A stretch of 64,000 nucleotides of DNA from Octopus sinensis (lineage: Eukaryota). Positions within the stretch are counted from its first letter, which is position 1. Each line of letters begins with the position of its first letter. Where the stretch lies: NCBI RefSeq assembly GCF_006345805.1, contig NC_043009.1, forward strand, positions 60,264,001 through 60,328,000, written 5' to 3'. Below are positions 26,614 to 40,569 of the stretch, piece by piece. The position numbers and the translations under genes were made by a program. Under the pieces are notes generated by a model. It saw only the letters and a list, made by a program, of their open reading frames with translations, had not been told where the DNA came from and ran no database searches.

Positions 26614-27779
26614 CCCTTCGTGGGCCGGCGGGGTTGGAATTACACAAAAGGCCATTGGGGGTACCCTTTTATTTTTGCGCATTTCCGCACTGTCCATAAA
26701 GTAATATTTCTTTAATTTTAATTCCGCAGAGGTCGACTTCACCTTTCATCCTTTCGGAGGCGATAAATTAAGTACCAGTTGCGTACTGGAGTCGATCTAG
26801 TCGACTGGCCTCGCATACCCACCCACCCCACTCAAATTTTGGGCCTTGTGCCTAGTGTAGAAAATAATATTTGTTCAATCTTGTGTATATGTGTGAGTGC
26901 ATGATACAGAACAAGAAATTTAGCACTTTTTTTTATAGTTTTATAAACTATACATACTAAATATACATGCTATACATAATATACATACTAAATATATATA
27001 CTAAATAGATATATTAAATATAAATATACATACTAATTATAAAATAAAGCATTAAAAAGTATATCAATTCATACCAGTAAAAATACGAAGAAAATTGATT
27101 ATAGTTCATCAGAATATCTGAAAAAAGAACAGAAAAAAATAATTTCACAGGCGTAGGAATGGCTGTGGTAAGTAGCTTGCTTACCAACCACATGGTTCCG
27201 GGCTCAGTTCCACTGCGTGGCACCTTGGACAAGTGTCTTCTACTATAGCCTCGAGCCGACCAAAGCCTTGTGAGTGGATTTGGTAGACGGAAACTGAAAG
27301 AAACCCGTCGTATATGTATATATATATATATGTGTGTATGTATGTGTTTGTCTGTGTTTGTCCCCCAACATCGCTTGACAACCGATGCTGGTGTGTTTAC
27401 GTCCCCGTAACTTAGCGGTTTTGCAAAAGAGACCGATAGGATAAGTACTAGGCTTAGAAAGAATAAGTCCTGGGGTCGATTTTCTCGATCGACTAAAAGC
27501 GATGCTCCAGCATGGCCACTGTCAAATGACTGAAACAAGTAAAAGAGTAAAAGGGTAAAAGAGAGAAGGCCAATGAGGTCCAGTTGGCCCCCAATGACCA
27601 TATTTTATGCTATAACATTCATATGACTGGAAATTCTTAACTCAAAATTTGTACGAGCATACATGAACTATTGACAATAAGAGTCATGAGATATAAAATC
27701 ATTTAAGTAAAAAATATAAAAGTTGCATAACTTTTAAAATTCTCTGGGGTCCCAAGAGACACCGCCGGCCCACGAAGGG
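26614..27779. mobile_element. piggyBac-type non-autonomous element with nested SINEs
   Basis: Perfect 18-bp TIR CCCTTCGTGGGCCGGCGG / CCGCCGGCCCACGAAGGG, each flanked by TTAA (26610-26613, 27780-27783). Confidence 0.88.
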
Positions 27780-28221
27780 TTAAAGGCAAGGATCTGAATG
27801 ACAATTCAGATAGTGGAAATAATTAGTTCATAACAAGTTTGGTGGGACAGAATTCCTTTTTTTTTAAAGAAAATGGTGATATTCAAACAGCTCCACATTT
27901 GCATTGGTAGTCTGATATGAACATATTTTGTGCTATGTGTTTTTATTTGTACTTACAATTATTTTATCACTATGAAATATTGCGCTTATGATATCAGAGT
28001 AAATTCTTCAATATTAGCTTATTGGAGAGATAATGTTAAAATGCAAGGGAAAAATATATCATCAATTATGATATTTTTTTTATTTTTCACCTTTTTCAGT
28101 CACTGATCTACGGCCACCCAGAGACACCCACCTTGAAAGGGTTTTGTTGAGCAGATGGACCTCAGTAGTTATTTTTTAAAATTCTTGGCCAAACAGTGGG
28201 AGAATGGATAACACAAATACA

Positions 28222-28274
<53 letters not shown>

Positions 28275-28280
28275 ATATGA

Positions 28281-28316
<36 letters not shown>

Positions 28317-28506
28317 AACGGGCTTCCACACGGGTTCTGTCTACCAAATTCTCTCACGAAGAAGCATTGATTGGCCCGGGGTTATACTAGAAGGCACATG
28401 CCCAAGATTCTGTGAAGTTGGACTGAACTCAAAACCTCGGTGTTGCAAAGCGATCTTCTTAACCACAAAGCTGTCCCTGCGCCTGTCAAAATTTATATTA
28501 TTATTA

Positions 28507-28542
<36 letters not shown>

Positions 28543-28561
28543 GATTATTATTATTATTATT

Positions 28562-28617
<56 letters not shown>

Positions 28618-28969
28618 ATATGAATAAAACCCACACACTCAGGAAACTTAAGTGAAGCAGTCAAAATTTCAAGGAAAGGTTAAATGCATAAAATAGCTGC
28701 ATAAATTATGATAATTGTTTTAGAATTTAACGTGTATAAGGAACCCTTTTTTGTCAAAAATTAGGTAAAAAAAATATGGGAATTTTTTTATACCTGGATA
28801 GTTTTATAATCCTTTACATAACTTTTTCCCAAATTTTAAGCCCCAAAAATTTAGGGGTTAAAATACGGTAATTAGTGTGTTGCAGATCTATAACGTGATT
28901 CGAACTTGGAACTTCTTGGTTTCCGAACACGAAATATTGTATCCGGTATTTTGTCGTGCCAGCAAAAAC

Positions 28970-29180
28970 TGACCAATGGTTTCCTAGGAATTTTGGAATC
29001 TGGTCAAAACAGCTCGTAGATGTGATGACGTCAAGAAAAAACTAAACCGTGACGAGCAACGATCATACATTACATTCTTTGAGTGACGTCAACAAAAATT
29101 CAAACGAATCCAAAATTGTCGATTGGAAAAATCAGTCAAGCTTTGATTATGTTAATCACAGTCAGTAAAGTGAGTAGCGA
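28970..29180. promoter_or_regulatory. Promoter-like island with two full CRE palindromes and CCAAT boxes
   Basis: TGACGTCA at 29026-29033 and 29084-29091, TGACG half-site near 29050, CCAAT at 28973, ATTGG at 29122; unique, CpG-containing sequence. Confidence 0.5.
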
Positions 29181-31454
29181 ACAATAAAGTCAGACGAATA
29201 CAGAATTATATTTGGCCGGGTCAGAGGTCAGTGTGCAACGAACTGATACCGGTAGACAAGATGCTAAATACAGATAAATTACAGACAATAGAAGCTGATA
29301 GACAGAGTCATGAACAACGAAGCATCGCTGCAAACGAAATTCGAAATTCCTTCTCTTATAACAACCACCGAAAGGCTAACAAAACTTCTGCCATGCGAAT
29401 AATTTCGGCTGATTCTGTTTTGACAGAAAGACGTGAACGCTACACTAGTTAACCACTCCAGTATATCAACACTAATCACCACACAGAAAAATTCCAACAT
29501 AATAGAGTGAAATGGACTCTGTTTCACTTTTTGATTTTTGTTGTTGCTTGTTTTCTTTTCTTTTTCTTTTTTTTTTCTTCCGGGCCTAAGTGTCTGGCTT
29601 TTCTTTCTAAAGTATAAAAGGTAACAATAAGTATATGATTTCAACTCATATTCACATCATCAACTTCGGCTTATTATGAGGCGGCGAGCTGGCAGAGACG
29701 TTAGCACACCGGCGAAATGTTTAGCGGCATTTCGTCTGCCATTACATTCTGAGTTCAAATTCCGCCGAGGTCGACTTTGCCTTTCACCCTTTCGAGGTCG
29801 ATAAATTTAGTACCAGTTACGCACTGGGGTCGATGTAATCGACCTAACCCCTTTGTCTGCCCTTGTTTGTCCCCTCTGTGGGCAATAAAGAAATGTGTAT
29901 ATGATTTCAACTCATATTCACATCATCGGCTTCGGTTTATAATGAGGCGGCGAGCTGGCAGAAACGTTAGCACACCGGCGAAATGTTTACCGGCATTTCG
30001 TCTGCCGCTACGTTCTGAGTTCAAATTCCGCCGAGGTCGACTTTGCCTTTCACCCTTTCGGAGTCGATAAATTTAGTACCAGTTATGCACTGGGGTCGAT
30101 GTAATCGACCTAACCCCTTTGTCTGATCTTGTTTGTCCCCTCTGTGTTTAACCCCTTGTGGGCAATAAAGAAATAATAATAAAAACTTCGGCTTATTACC
30201 ATATCATTACAAATGTTTGAAACATTTGAGATATTTGTCATTTGTTTTATCAAATCTGCTGTAGTACAAACGAGTACTTCTCAATTTTGGTTCGTTATGA
30301 TTGCAGAATGAACATGTTTTTGTACAGAAATATTAGCCGGAAGTAAATCACAATAAAAGAAGACACGAAGTGGAAACGAGGAACTGGTGATACAGATTAT
30401 ATTTCTTTACTACCCACAAGGGGCTAAACATAGAGGGGACAAACAAGGACAGACAGAGGGATTAAGTCGATTACATCGACACCAGTGCGTAACTGGTACT
30501 TAATTTATCGACCCCGAAAAGATGAAAGGCAAAGTCGACCTCGGCGGAATTTGAACTCAGAACGTAACGGCAGTACGAAATACGGCTACGCATTTCGCCC
30601 GGCGTGCTAACGTTTCTGCCAGCTCGCCGCCTTTACTGGTGATACAGATTAACATGTATCTTGTAGTGCCAAGATACCAGGGAAACTAGTATAATGGTAG
30701 ATGATCGTTTTCATACTTCTTTGACTTAATGTCTTATACGCGTCTCATTTTTTGGACAGCAACCTTGAAGTATTTTCGTTGAACAAATCAATCCCAGTAC
30801 TTACTTCTCCTAAAGCCGTTGCCGAACCGGTAACTCATTGGGACACAAACATACGAAACAGTGGTCCAGTAGGGCGGTGGTGGGGAACAAATGCAAATAC
30901 AAGTCGTGACAAAGTATAATAAATATTCCTCACACTAATGAAAATGACAATACATAAATTTAATTATAATTACTATGGTTATAATTTTTTCTTACATACT
31001 TGTATTGTCCTTTGAAACGCGCGTATGTATTGAATCCTATTTTGTATTAGATCTGATTTTGATTCAACATATTTCCTCCTCCATTTTTCTATAATTGTTT
31101 ATGGTATTTTTATACCTATAACGGTATTTTCCAAATACTATTTTCATATTTTTATTACTTGCACTGGCTGTTTTTTTATGAATATGATGAATCTTTATTA
31201 GAAATCATTTTTTCTCTCTTTTTGAACCTCTCAAAAAGTTTGAATTGTTCTCTTTTGAACTTATTTTTTTCCTATGTATACATATATATATGTGTGTGTG
31301 TATATATGTTTGTGTGTAGTTGTGTATGGAGGGAATTATTCTGTTTTAATGCCTTATTAATTAATCCTTTCACCAATTCGATTTCCACTCATTTACCAAT
31401 TTGTTTTTTTACTAAAATGTTTGGGACTTCTTGCAACTTCTTCAATAGCTGTAT

Positions 31455-31548
<94 letters not shown>

Positions 31549-31582
31549 GCAGGCAGGCAGGCAGGCAGGCAGACAGACAGAC

Positions 31583-31667
<85 letters not shown>

Positions 31668-33179
31668 TGTATATGTGTGTATACAAACATACATAAATAA
31701 ATGTATACACATATACACACATATATAAATAAATATATACATGAAACAAAAATAGACGTGTATGTGTGTGTGTATGCCTCTGTGTGTGTATGTCTGTGTG
31801 TGAGTGAGTATGTGTGTGTTTTGTGTGTATGTGTGTGTGTGCGCGCGCGCTTATATGTGTATATATCTGTTACCGAGAATATTGATGTTAATACATAACA
31901 TATAAAAAAGATAGAAAGTGTGAAAGACTGAGTGAGAGAGGGCGAGAACAAGAGAAAGAGGCAGACAGACAGACAAACAGCAATGAGAAAGAGGAAGAAA
32001 AAAACAGCCATAAACACCAATCGTCTGCTGTCTTCCATTTTGCTGAAGGACATGATTAAGGTGCATTATCTTAAGAGAAAGACAAAACCAAGCTGCCTTT
32101 CAACACCAACACCAATACTACACATTGTATACGTCATCTTAAAACTACTATCGATATTTAAAGCGAATATTTTTTCCGGAGATCGATAAAATAAGTACCA
32201 GTCAAGACCTCAAGTAGACAATATAATCACTCTACCTAAGGTGATTCTTTCGAAGAATGTCTAGAACAATGATTCCCAACTTTTAATCATCACGGACTAT
32301 TTTGGCTAATCAATAATCCTCTACAGCCCTTCTTGGTTTGTTTGCTTTTTGTTTTTGTTTTTCAAAATATATATTGATATATTCCTTTTCTTCGAGAAAT
32401 TTTCTTCAGTTTTGTTGAAGAGCACGGTCAATGCTGTGTTGTGGCTTTTATGTATCTTTCTTTTTCTATAAAGTATTCGTGAACATTTTACATCTTATCA
32501 AATACTAGCATTTCCGGGTCTTGACTGGATTTATAGCAACATAAGAGAAATTCTTACATAGTTTATGACTTTCCCATGCCAAATTTCGGCTACCTAGCTA
32601 TAAAACTTATGGCCTACAACCTGGAACATACATACAGACAGATGGACAGATAGACAGACAGAGTGGATTCTCTCGTCAGCTCCGAAGAATGAGAGCCATT
32701 ATCATAATCGTTTGACAACCCACTCACATGATGTTTTTAATGGTGAAGGCGGCTTATGTAAGGCCAGCCACACTTATTGAAAACGCTGACTGCAGGAAGT
32801 TAGTGCAAATGCTTCGCAAAAACTCAATGAACAACATATCCCATGCTTTTCCATTAGATCTCTCCATCTCTTGGGTTAGTTGCCTTCGACACTGCTTTAT
32901 GTCCAACCTGCCCTACTCGACTAAATTCGAATCTGGGAACCAAATAAGAAATTATTAAGTCCTCGTGTATATGTATATCACGTAATTGGATAGCCGTTGA
33001 CTCGCCAAAGTTCATCCGCTCTTTGACGGGTCATGTTATTCATGCTGCAGGATGCCCAAGATCCGCCTTACTCGCCAAGCAGTCTTGGTGGTATTGCCGG
33101 TTTAGCCGACCCGACTCTGCAGCGAGTTATACTGGACTACATGTTACCAGCAACGCTCAAGGGCAACCTGATATAAATA

Positions 33180-33500
33180 CATACTTACAACAAATTTGCG
33201 CAAGAATCTAGAAATGCTAAGTTTTTCGAAGGAAGAGCAAAAGGAAGCGACGCGGATTTTCCAAATCTAATCTATTAGCGGCACAGTGAAGACTTGTAAA
33301 ACATTCCAAAGATTCTTCATTTGAAATTCTTTAGTTGAATAAATGCACACACTTGGGTGTGTGCATCGACAGCTCAACCAAAACACCAACTCAACCACCT
33401 CTATACAAACACTGGGAACTTTCTTACTTCAAAAGGTCTTGTCGCTTTGTTAGCGACCGGTTTGAACTCTCTTAAAAAGAACTTAAATAAAACTCAAAGA
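33180..33500 (+). mobile_element. Dong/R4-type LINE 3' end, second copy
   Basis: LEMLSFSKEEQKEATRIFQI*SISGTVKTCKTF plus the same 3' UTR as 5140-5415. Confidence 0.75.
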
Positions 33501-33502
33501 AA

Positions 33503-33728
33503 TATACAAACGAGGAAGTGCTGAAAAGTTCCTGACCTTAAGGGTATCACGAAAGGCTTGGTTTGAAGCCCAACTTTCCGAGTTCTTTTACAGAACTTAG
33601 AAAAACTGAAGGACCGCTGCAATAGGTGTGTGAATCTGAGTTGGGAATGTGTTGGATAAACTCATAATTAACTGGTTTTCCTTATTTTCTTTTACCCAAA
33701 AAAGGAACTTTTCAATACGCCCCCGCAC
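33503..33728. mobile_element. Mariner-type MITE copy
   Basis: Aligns along its length to 13565-13787. Confidence 0.7.
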
Positions 33729-34158
33729 GTGCACACACTTTTATATATTATTAGCTTAAAAGCCACACTCTGTGCAGACTTTTAAGCTGGCTCCTGCGGA
33801 GGATTAATTAGGCTTGCGGCCCAAAACGAAAGACAGCGATAATAATAAAGCATTTATTGGTACCCTATCAAAATGGTATTACTTTCAATTCAGTTGAAAT
33901 GAAAAACTTGTAAGTTCACAAATTTTGGGAGTTCTTTCAAAATTTTAATTTTCAACTGTTAGCATATAACAAATCCTCATCCAGACCTGATCCCAATGTT
34001 GGATATTCAAGAACCAAATGAAAGGCAGATTTTCAATTCTAGGATCATCCTGATTCCAAAACAGTATAATATGTCTATGTAGAGCAAATGTAGACTGAGA
34101 TACAGGGGTCCCAGATGGACAGACAGAATTTCGCGTTTATTATTATTATTATTATTGC

Positions 34159-34251
<93 letters not shown>

Positions 34252-34259
34252 TATTATTA

Positions 34260-34292
<33 letters not shown>

Positions 34293-34530
34293 TATTATTA
34301 TTATTATTATGAAATCTTCTCTCAATAATTATAGATAGATTTCATAAGTAAAATATTTTCTCTCCACATTTATCCACTAGAACAACTCATTAGATACTCA
34401 GCAGAGTATCTCTACGTTCCAAGTTCAAATCCTGTCAGGGTCCTTCCAGAGTTTCCTTAAAATAGATAGTAGTAGTCAACCAGTATCTTTCAGTTATCTC
34501 GTTAAGTCTCAATGGTGGCGGTGGTGCCTC

Positions 34531-34591
<61 letters not shown>

Positions 34592-35139
34592 TGGCGGCGG
34601 CGACGGCGATGGTGGTTTTTCGACTCGTAGTCTCCTTCATTATCTCGCTAAATAGCAGTTAAGAATTGAAGTCGATTTAATTGCCTTCAGCCCCACCCTG
34701 CTCCATTATTTACGGCCTTGTACCGATCTAAGAAATCGATGTTAAACACATATATTTAGCAATACAGAATGATTGATTGATTGATTGATTCCTTTCCTTT
34801 ATTGATTATAACTTTTCCAAACACTATTTCTTCTGTTTCCTTTCCTTCGGCCGACCATTGTCTTGTCTTTAATTCCGATTCTTTTCTTCCTCAAACATTT
34901 TGAAGAACATAATAGAAGAACATCAGTCGTTATCGCCGCTACCTAAGACCATAGATTTACTCGGAGTGCTTATATCTTTTGTTTATTTAAATCGGAATTA
35001 CAAAATTGTAGCTTAATGAGAAGTCGCCGAAAAAAATATTGCGTCTTAGTTCAGTTATCTGCCTTATCTATCGGTTAAATCGATGGGTATGTAGACAAAC
35101 AGACAGATAGACAAATAGACACACAAGCAGACAGACAGT

Positions 35140-35197
<58 letters not shown>

Positions 35198-35486
35198 TAG
35201 ATAGATAGATAAGTAGCTTTGTAGGTAGGTAGGTAGGTAGGTAGGTAGGTAGGTAGGTAGGTAGGTAGCTAAGTAGCTAGGTAGGTAGCTAGGTAGGTAG
35301 CTAGGTAGGTAGCTAGGTAGGAAAGAAGGAAAGTAGGTAGGTTGATAGATAGGGGGAGCAAGATGGAGATAGATAGACGGACAGGCAGGGAGGCAGGCAG
35401 GCAGGCAGGCAGGCAGACAGACAGGCGGACGGACGGACGGACGGACGGACGGATGGATGGATGGATGGATAGATAGATAGATAGAT

Positions 35487-35548
<62 letters not shown>

Positions 35549-36165
35549 TACACTATGGATAGGTTAGTCCAGTCAAGTTGGAAGGTTTATCTCTAATTCC
35601 TGCATTGATGATGCGGATGAGAATGATGTTGTGTGGCAAGGTCAGGAAAGTGGTGAGAATACCTTCAATGAATAATGTCTTGAAGCAGCATCTGAAAAGG
35701 AGAATCCATCAAGGAAGCTTTTGGAATACAGTACATGAGAAGGAGTTGTGAGATGAATTCATTGACACCCCATCGTCAAAATAGCTGGAAAGAGGTAGAA
35801 TTTATTCAGGTCTCAAGGACGATAAGCAAAAGTTAGAGGAAACATAGAGCTAAAAGTGGTTGTTGGGGTGAGTGCATAAAACAATACATTTCATTTCATT
35901 CAGCTGGCAAATATGAGTTCTACCTATAATTTAAAAGCCATCTTTGTCACATTCTATGTCATACTTATAATTTTAACCATATTTCAATGATGACGTGACA
36001 TTATTCGAGAAAGCACATTTCAAGGTTTCCATACATCCAAAGTATATAATGGTCTGAATCTCCATGAGACCATATTAAAGCTATGCGTATCTGTGGAGTG
36101 CTCGGCCACTTGAACGTTAATTTCACGAGCAGGCTGTTCCGTTGATCGGATCTACTGGAACAGTA

Positions 36166-36580
36166 AGGCGGCAAGCTGGCAGAATTGTTAGCACGCGGGC
36201 GAAATGCTTAGCGGTATTTCGTCTGCCGTTACGTTCTGAGTTCAAATTCCGCCGAGGTCGACTTTGCCTTTCACCCTTTCAGGGTCGATAAATTAAGTAC
36301 CAGTTACGCACTGGGGTCGATGTAATCGACTTAATCCGTTTGTCTGTCCTTGTTTGTCCTCTCTGTGTTTAGCCCCTTGTGGGTAATAAAGAAATAGGTA
36401 TTTCGTCTGCCGCTACGTTCTGAGTTCAAATTCCGCCGAGGTCAACTTTGCCTTTCATCCTTTCGGGGTCGATTAAATAAGGACCAGTTACGTACTGGGG
36501 TCGATGTAATCGACTTAATCCGTTTGTCTGTCCTTGTTTGTCCTCTCTGTGTTTAGCCCTTTGTGGGCAGTAAAGAAATA
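36166..36580 (+). mobile_element. SINE family A dimer with TSD
   Basis: TSD GGATCTACTGGAACA at 36148/36581; internal restart at aaata|ggtatttcgtc. Confidence 0.9.
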
Positions 36581-38590
36581 GGATCTACTGGAACAAAGAA
36601 AAAATGACTCACCCCAGACACAACAGACTCCACTGGAAAGAATTAAAATAAATAGAAAACAAAACAAACAAAAATGAACGAATTTATCTGACAACGCAGT
36701 AGTGTTAGTTTGAACTGCCCGACCCTTTGCAAAGAATGTCTTCAGTTTTGATATAAAATGCTCTTGCGCAGAATCATATTCTTCGTGCAAGTGTAACAAA
36801 GCAAATTGGATACGTACCCGCTTCACGCTTTCGCAACTGTAAATAACTTATAGACATTTCCAAATAATCTGACTTTGATTAATATCTGTATGCTCATTAC
36901 AAATTTTAAAACTCTTTCCACAATTCATAAAACTTTTTCTTGCCTGTAAATACTTTGTCTTCTGTGAATTTTGGCTGCTTGAAGTCTTTGATCATTCATG
37001 TTATATAATATTATATAAATTCTGACGTTAGCTTTCACCTGAAATAATTGCACATACAATTGCCGATCTTCAGCAGAAAGCAAATAACATCAAACATACA
37101 TGTTCAGATAGAACCGTCAATTTATATATTACAGTTATTCGAATATCACCATTTTCCTCACTAGACACACACACACACCACACACACACACAAAAACACA
37201 TTTAAACACACACACAAACACACAAACACACACGCACAAACACACAAACACACACACACACATACAAACACACACACACACGCACACAAACACACAAACA
37301 CACACACACACACTCACACATACACGCACACACAAACACACACACAAACACACAAACACACACACACGCACAAACCCACAAACACACACACACACAAACA
37401 CACACACAAACACACAAACACACACACAAACACACACACAAACACACACACTCAAACACACACACACACACACACAAACACACACATGCACACACACACA
37501 CAAACCACATAGACACACACACACACACACACACACAAACCACATAGACACACACATACACACACACACAAACCACATAGACACACACATACACACACAC
37601 ACACAAACCACATAGACACACACACACACTCCTAGCAGATTTTCGCAAAGCCCCTTATTTGGGTTGATCGTTTTCGACCCAATCTGATAGTGTAACTTTA
37701 GGTCGTCACCTTTTATGCAACACCAGCGAGTAAACTGTTGTGTCCATCTGAACTGGCTGCTTGGCGAGGTACCTCACTTGGACTGCAATCTAATCTGCTG
37801 AAGAATACTGTGTTCGAGAGCGTTGTATACATTGCAGTTTACCACACATTTAAGTCTATTTAGCCAACGCTAAGCTACGGTATTCAGCAATTGCACTAGA
37901 TTATATAATATTGGTGTGGAGGCGCAATGGCCCAGTGGTTAGGGCAGCGGACTCGCGGTCGTAGGATCGCGGTTTCGATTCCCAGACCGGGCGGTGTGAG
38001 TGTTTATTGAGCGAAATCACCTAAAGCTCCACGAGGCTCCGGCAGGGGTGGTGGTGATCCCTGCTGTACTCTTTCACCACAACTTTCTCTCACTCTTACT
38101 TCCTGTTTCTGTTGTACCTGTATTTCAAAGGGCCGGCCTTGTCACTCTCTGTGTTACGCTGAATATCCCCGAGAACTACGTTAAGGGTACACGTGTCTGT
38201 GGAGTGCTCAGCCACTTACACGTTAATTTCACGAGCAGGCGGTTCCGTTGATTCGGATCAACCGGATCCCTCGTCGTCGTAACCGACTGAGTGCTTCCAT
38301 AATATTGGTTCCATTTTTAGCACAAGGCCAGCAAGATCGGGGCAGTGGGTAAGTTGATTACATCCACCCCAGTGCTCAGCTGGTTCTTGTTTTATTGACC
38401 CCAAAAGAATGAAATGCAAAGTCGACGTCGGTGGAATTTGAACTCAGAACGTAAAAACGGATGAAATGAAATGCCGCTAAGTATTTCGCTCGATGTGTTA
38501 ACGATTCGGCCAGACGACTCCTAACCACATTACATAATATTGAACTACGTTAACTTACACAACACAGCATTATACTACACGTCAAATATA

Positions 38591-38670
38591 TTGGGTTGTC
38601 CGGAAAGTTCGTGCCGATTTGTAGTAGCTTACCTTCCGACTTATTTTAGAACATGGTTGGGTCCATAAAA
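38591..38670 (+). mobile_element. Terminal fragment of the same mariner family
   Basis: TA + TTGGGTTGTCCGGAAAGTTCGTGCCGATTT; reverse complement of 24475-24553. Confidence 0.85.
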
Positions 38671-39373
38671 TGTGCATATACACATGTGTGCGCGTGAGTA
38701 TATATACACATATACTGAAGGCGGCAAGCTGGCAGAAACGTTAGCACGCCGGGCGAAATGCGTAGCCGTATTTCGTCTGTCGTTACGTTCCGAGTTCAAA
38801 TTCCGCCGAGGTCAACTTTGCCTTTCATCCTTTCGGGGTCGACAAATTACGCACTGGGGTCGAAGTAATCGACTTGATCCCTTTGTCTGTCCTTGTTTGT
38901 CCCCTCTGTGTGTAGCCCCTTGTGGGTAGTAAAGAAATATATATATACACATATAGAGAGAGAGAGAGCGAGAGAGGGAGAGAGAGAGAAAGGGAAGAGG
39001 AGAGAGAGAGACCGTGTTACTTGTAGTGATGTAGTAATGGTGATACCGCTGGTGGCGGTGGAGACGATGGCAGCAGCGGCGACGGTGGTGGTGCTGGTGG
39101 TGTTGGTGTTTGTGGTGCTGGTAGTAGTGGTAGTGGTGGTAGTGGTAGTGGTGGTCGTCGTCGTTGTCGCCGACGTCGCTGCTCAGAGACTGTTATTACT
39201 CTTGTCGAAAGTATTGAATATTTTATGAACAGCGCTGTTTAGATGAAATTTTGATTTACCATAATGACGTCCTTTTCTCTGTCCTGTGCTTTGTACATGA
39301 TTTGTTAACAGCAAATTAAACTAGCAACAACAGCAGCGACAAACAGGCAACAACACTAACAACAAAAACAACA

Positions 39374-40517
39374 CCGACGACGTCAACGACGATGCGGAGG
39401 GGGAGTACGACGCCGACGACGATGCGGAGGGGGAGTACGACACCGACGCCGACGACGGTGCGGAGGGGGAGTACGACGCCGACGACGATGACGATGCGGA
39501 GGGGGAGTACGACGCCGACGACGATGCGGAGGGGGAGTACGACGCCGACGACGATGACGATGCGGAGGGGGAGTACGACGCCGACGACGATGACAATGCG
39601 GAGGGGGAGTACGACACCGACGACGACGACGATGCGGAGGGGGAGTACGACGCCGACGACGATGACGATGCGGAGGGGGAGTACGACGCCGACGACGATG
39701 CGGAGGGGGAGTACGACGCCGACGACGATGACAATGCGGAGGGGGAGTACGACACCGACGACGACGACGATGACGATGCGGAGGGGGAGTACGACGCCGA
39801 CGACGATGCGGAGGGGGAGTACGGCGCCGACGACGATGCGGAGGGGGAGTACGACGCCGACGACGATGACGATGCGGAGGGGGAGTACGACGCCGACGAC
39901 GATGCGGATGGGGAGTACGACGCCGACGATGATGCGGAGGGGGAGTACGACGCCGACGACGATGCGGAGGGGGAGTACGACGCCGACGACGATGCGGAGG
40001 GGGAGTACGGCGCCGACGACGATGCGGAGGGGGAGTACGACGCCGATGACGATGCGGAGGGGGAGTACGACGCCGACGACGATGCGGAGGGGGAGTACGA
40101 CGCCGATTACGATGCGGAGGGGGAGTACGATGCCGACGACGATGCGGAGGGGGGTACGACGCCGACGACGATGCGGAGGGGGAGTACGACGCCGACGACG
40201 ATGCGGAGGGGGAGTACGACGCCGACGACGATGCGGATGGGGAGTACGACGCCGATGACGATGCGGAGGGGGAGTACGACGCCGATGACGATGCGGAGGG
40301 GGAGTACGACGCCGACGACGATGCGGAGAGGGAGTACGATGCCGATTATGATGCGGAGGGGGAGTACGACGCCGACGACGATGACGATGCGGAGGGGGAG
40401 TACGACGCCGACGACGATGACGATGTGGAGGGGGAGTACGACGTCGACGACGATGACGATTCAGAGGGGGAGTATGACGCCGACGACGATGACGATGATG
40501 ATGACCTCAAACTATAA
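39374..40517 (+). repeat. GC-rich minisatellite (~34 units, 24-36 bp) translating as (DDDAEGEYDA)n
   Basis: Unit gacgacgatgcggagggggagtacgacgcc. Length variation is in multiples of 3 except one 1-nt deletion near 40153. The Asp frame ends DDDDLKL* at 40517. Confidence 0.9.
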
Positions 40518-40569
40518 ACAAAAAAAAAGGAGAAAGACCTGGACTCATCCACACACAGTGAGAGCGAGT

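Noticed and set aside
37915-38000. tRNA-like heads of SINE-B and SINE-C as tRNA genes
   Set aside because: They have A/B boxes but no complete cloverleaf or acceptor stem, and continue into SINE bodies.
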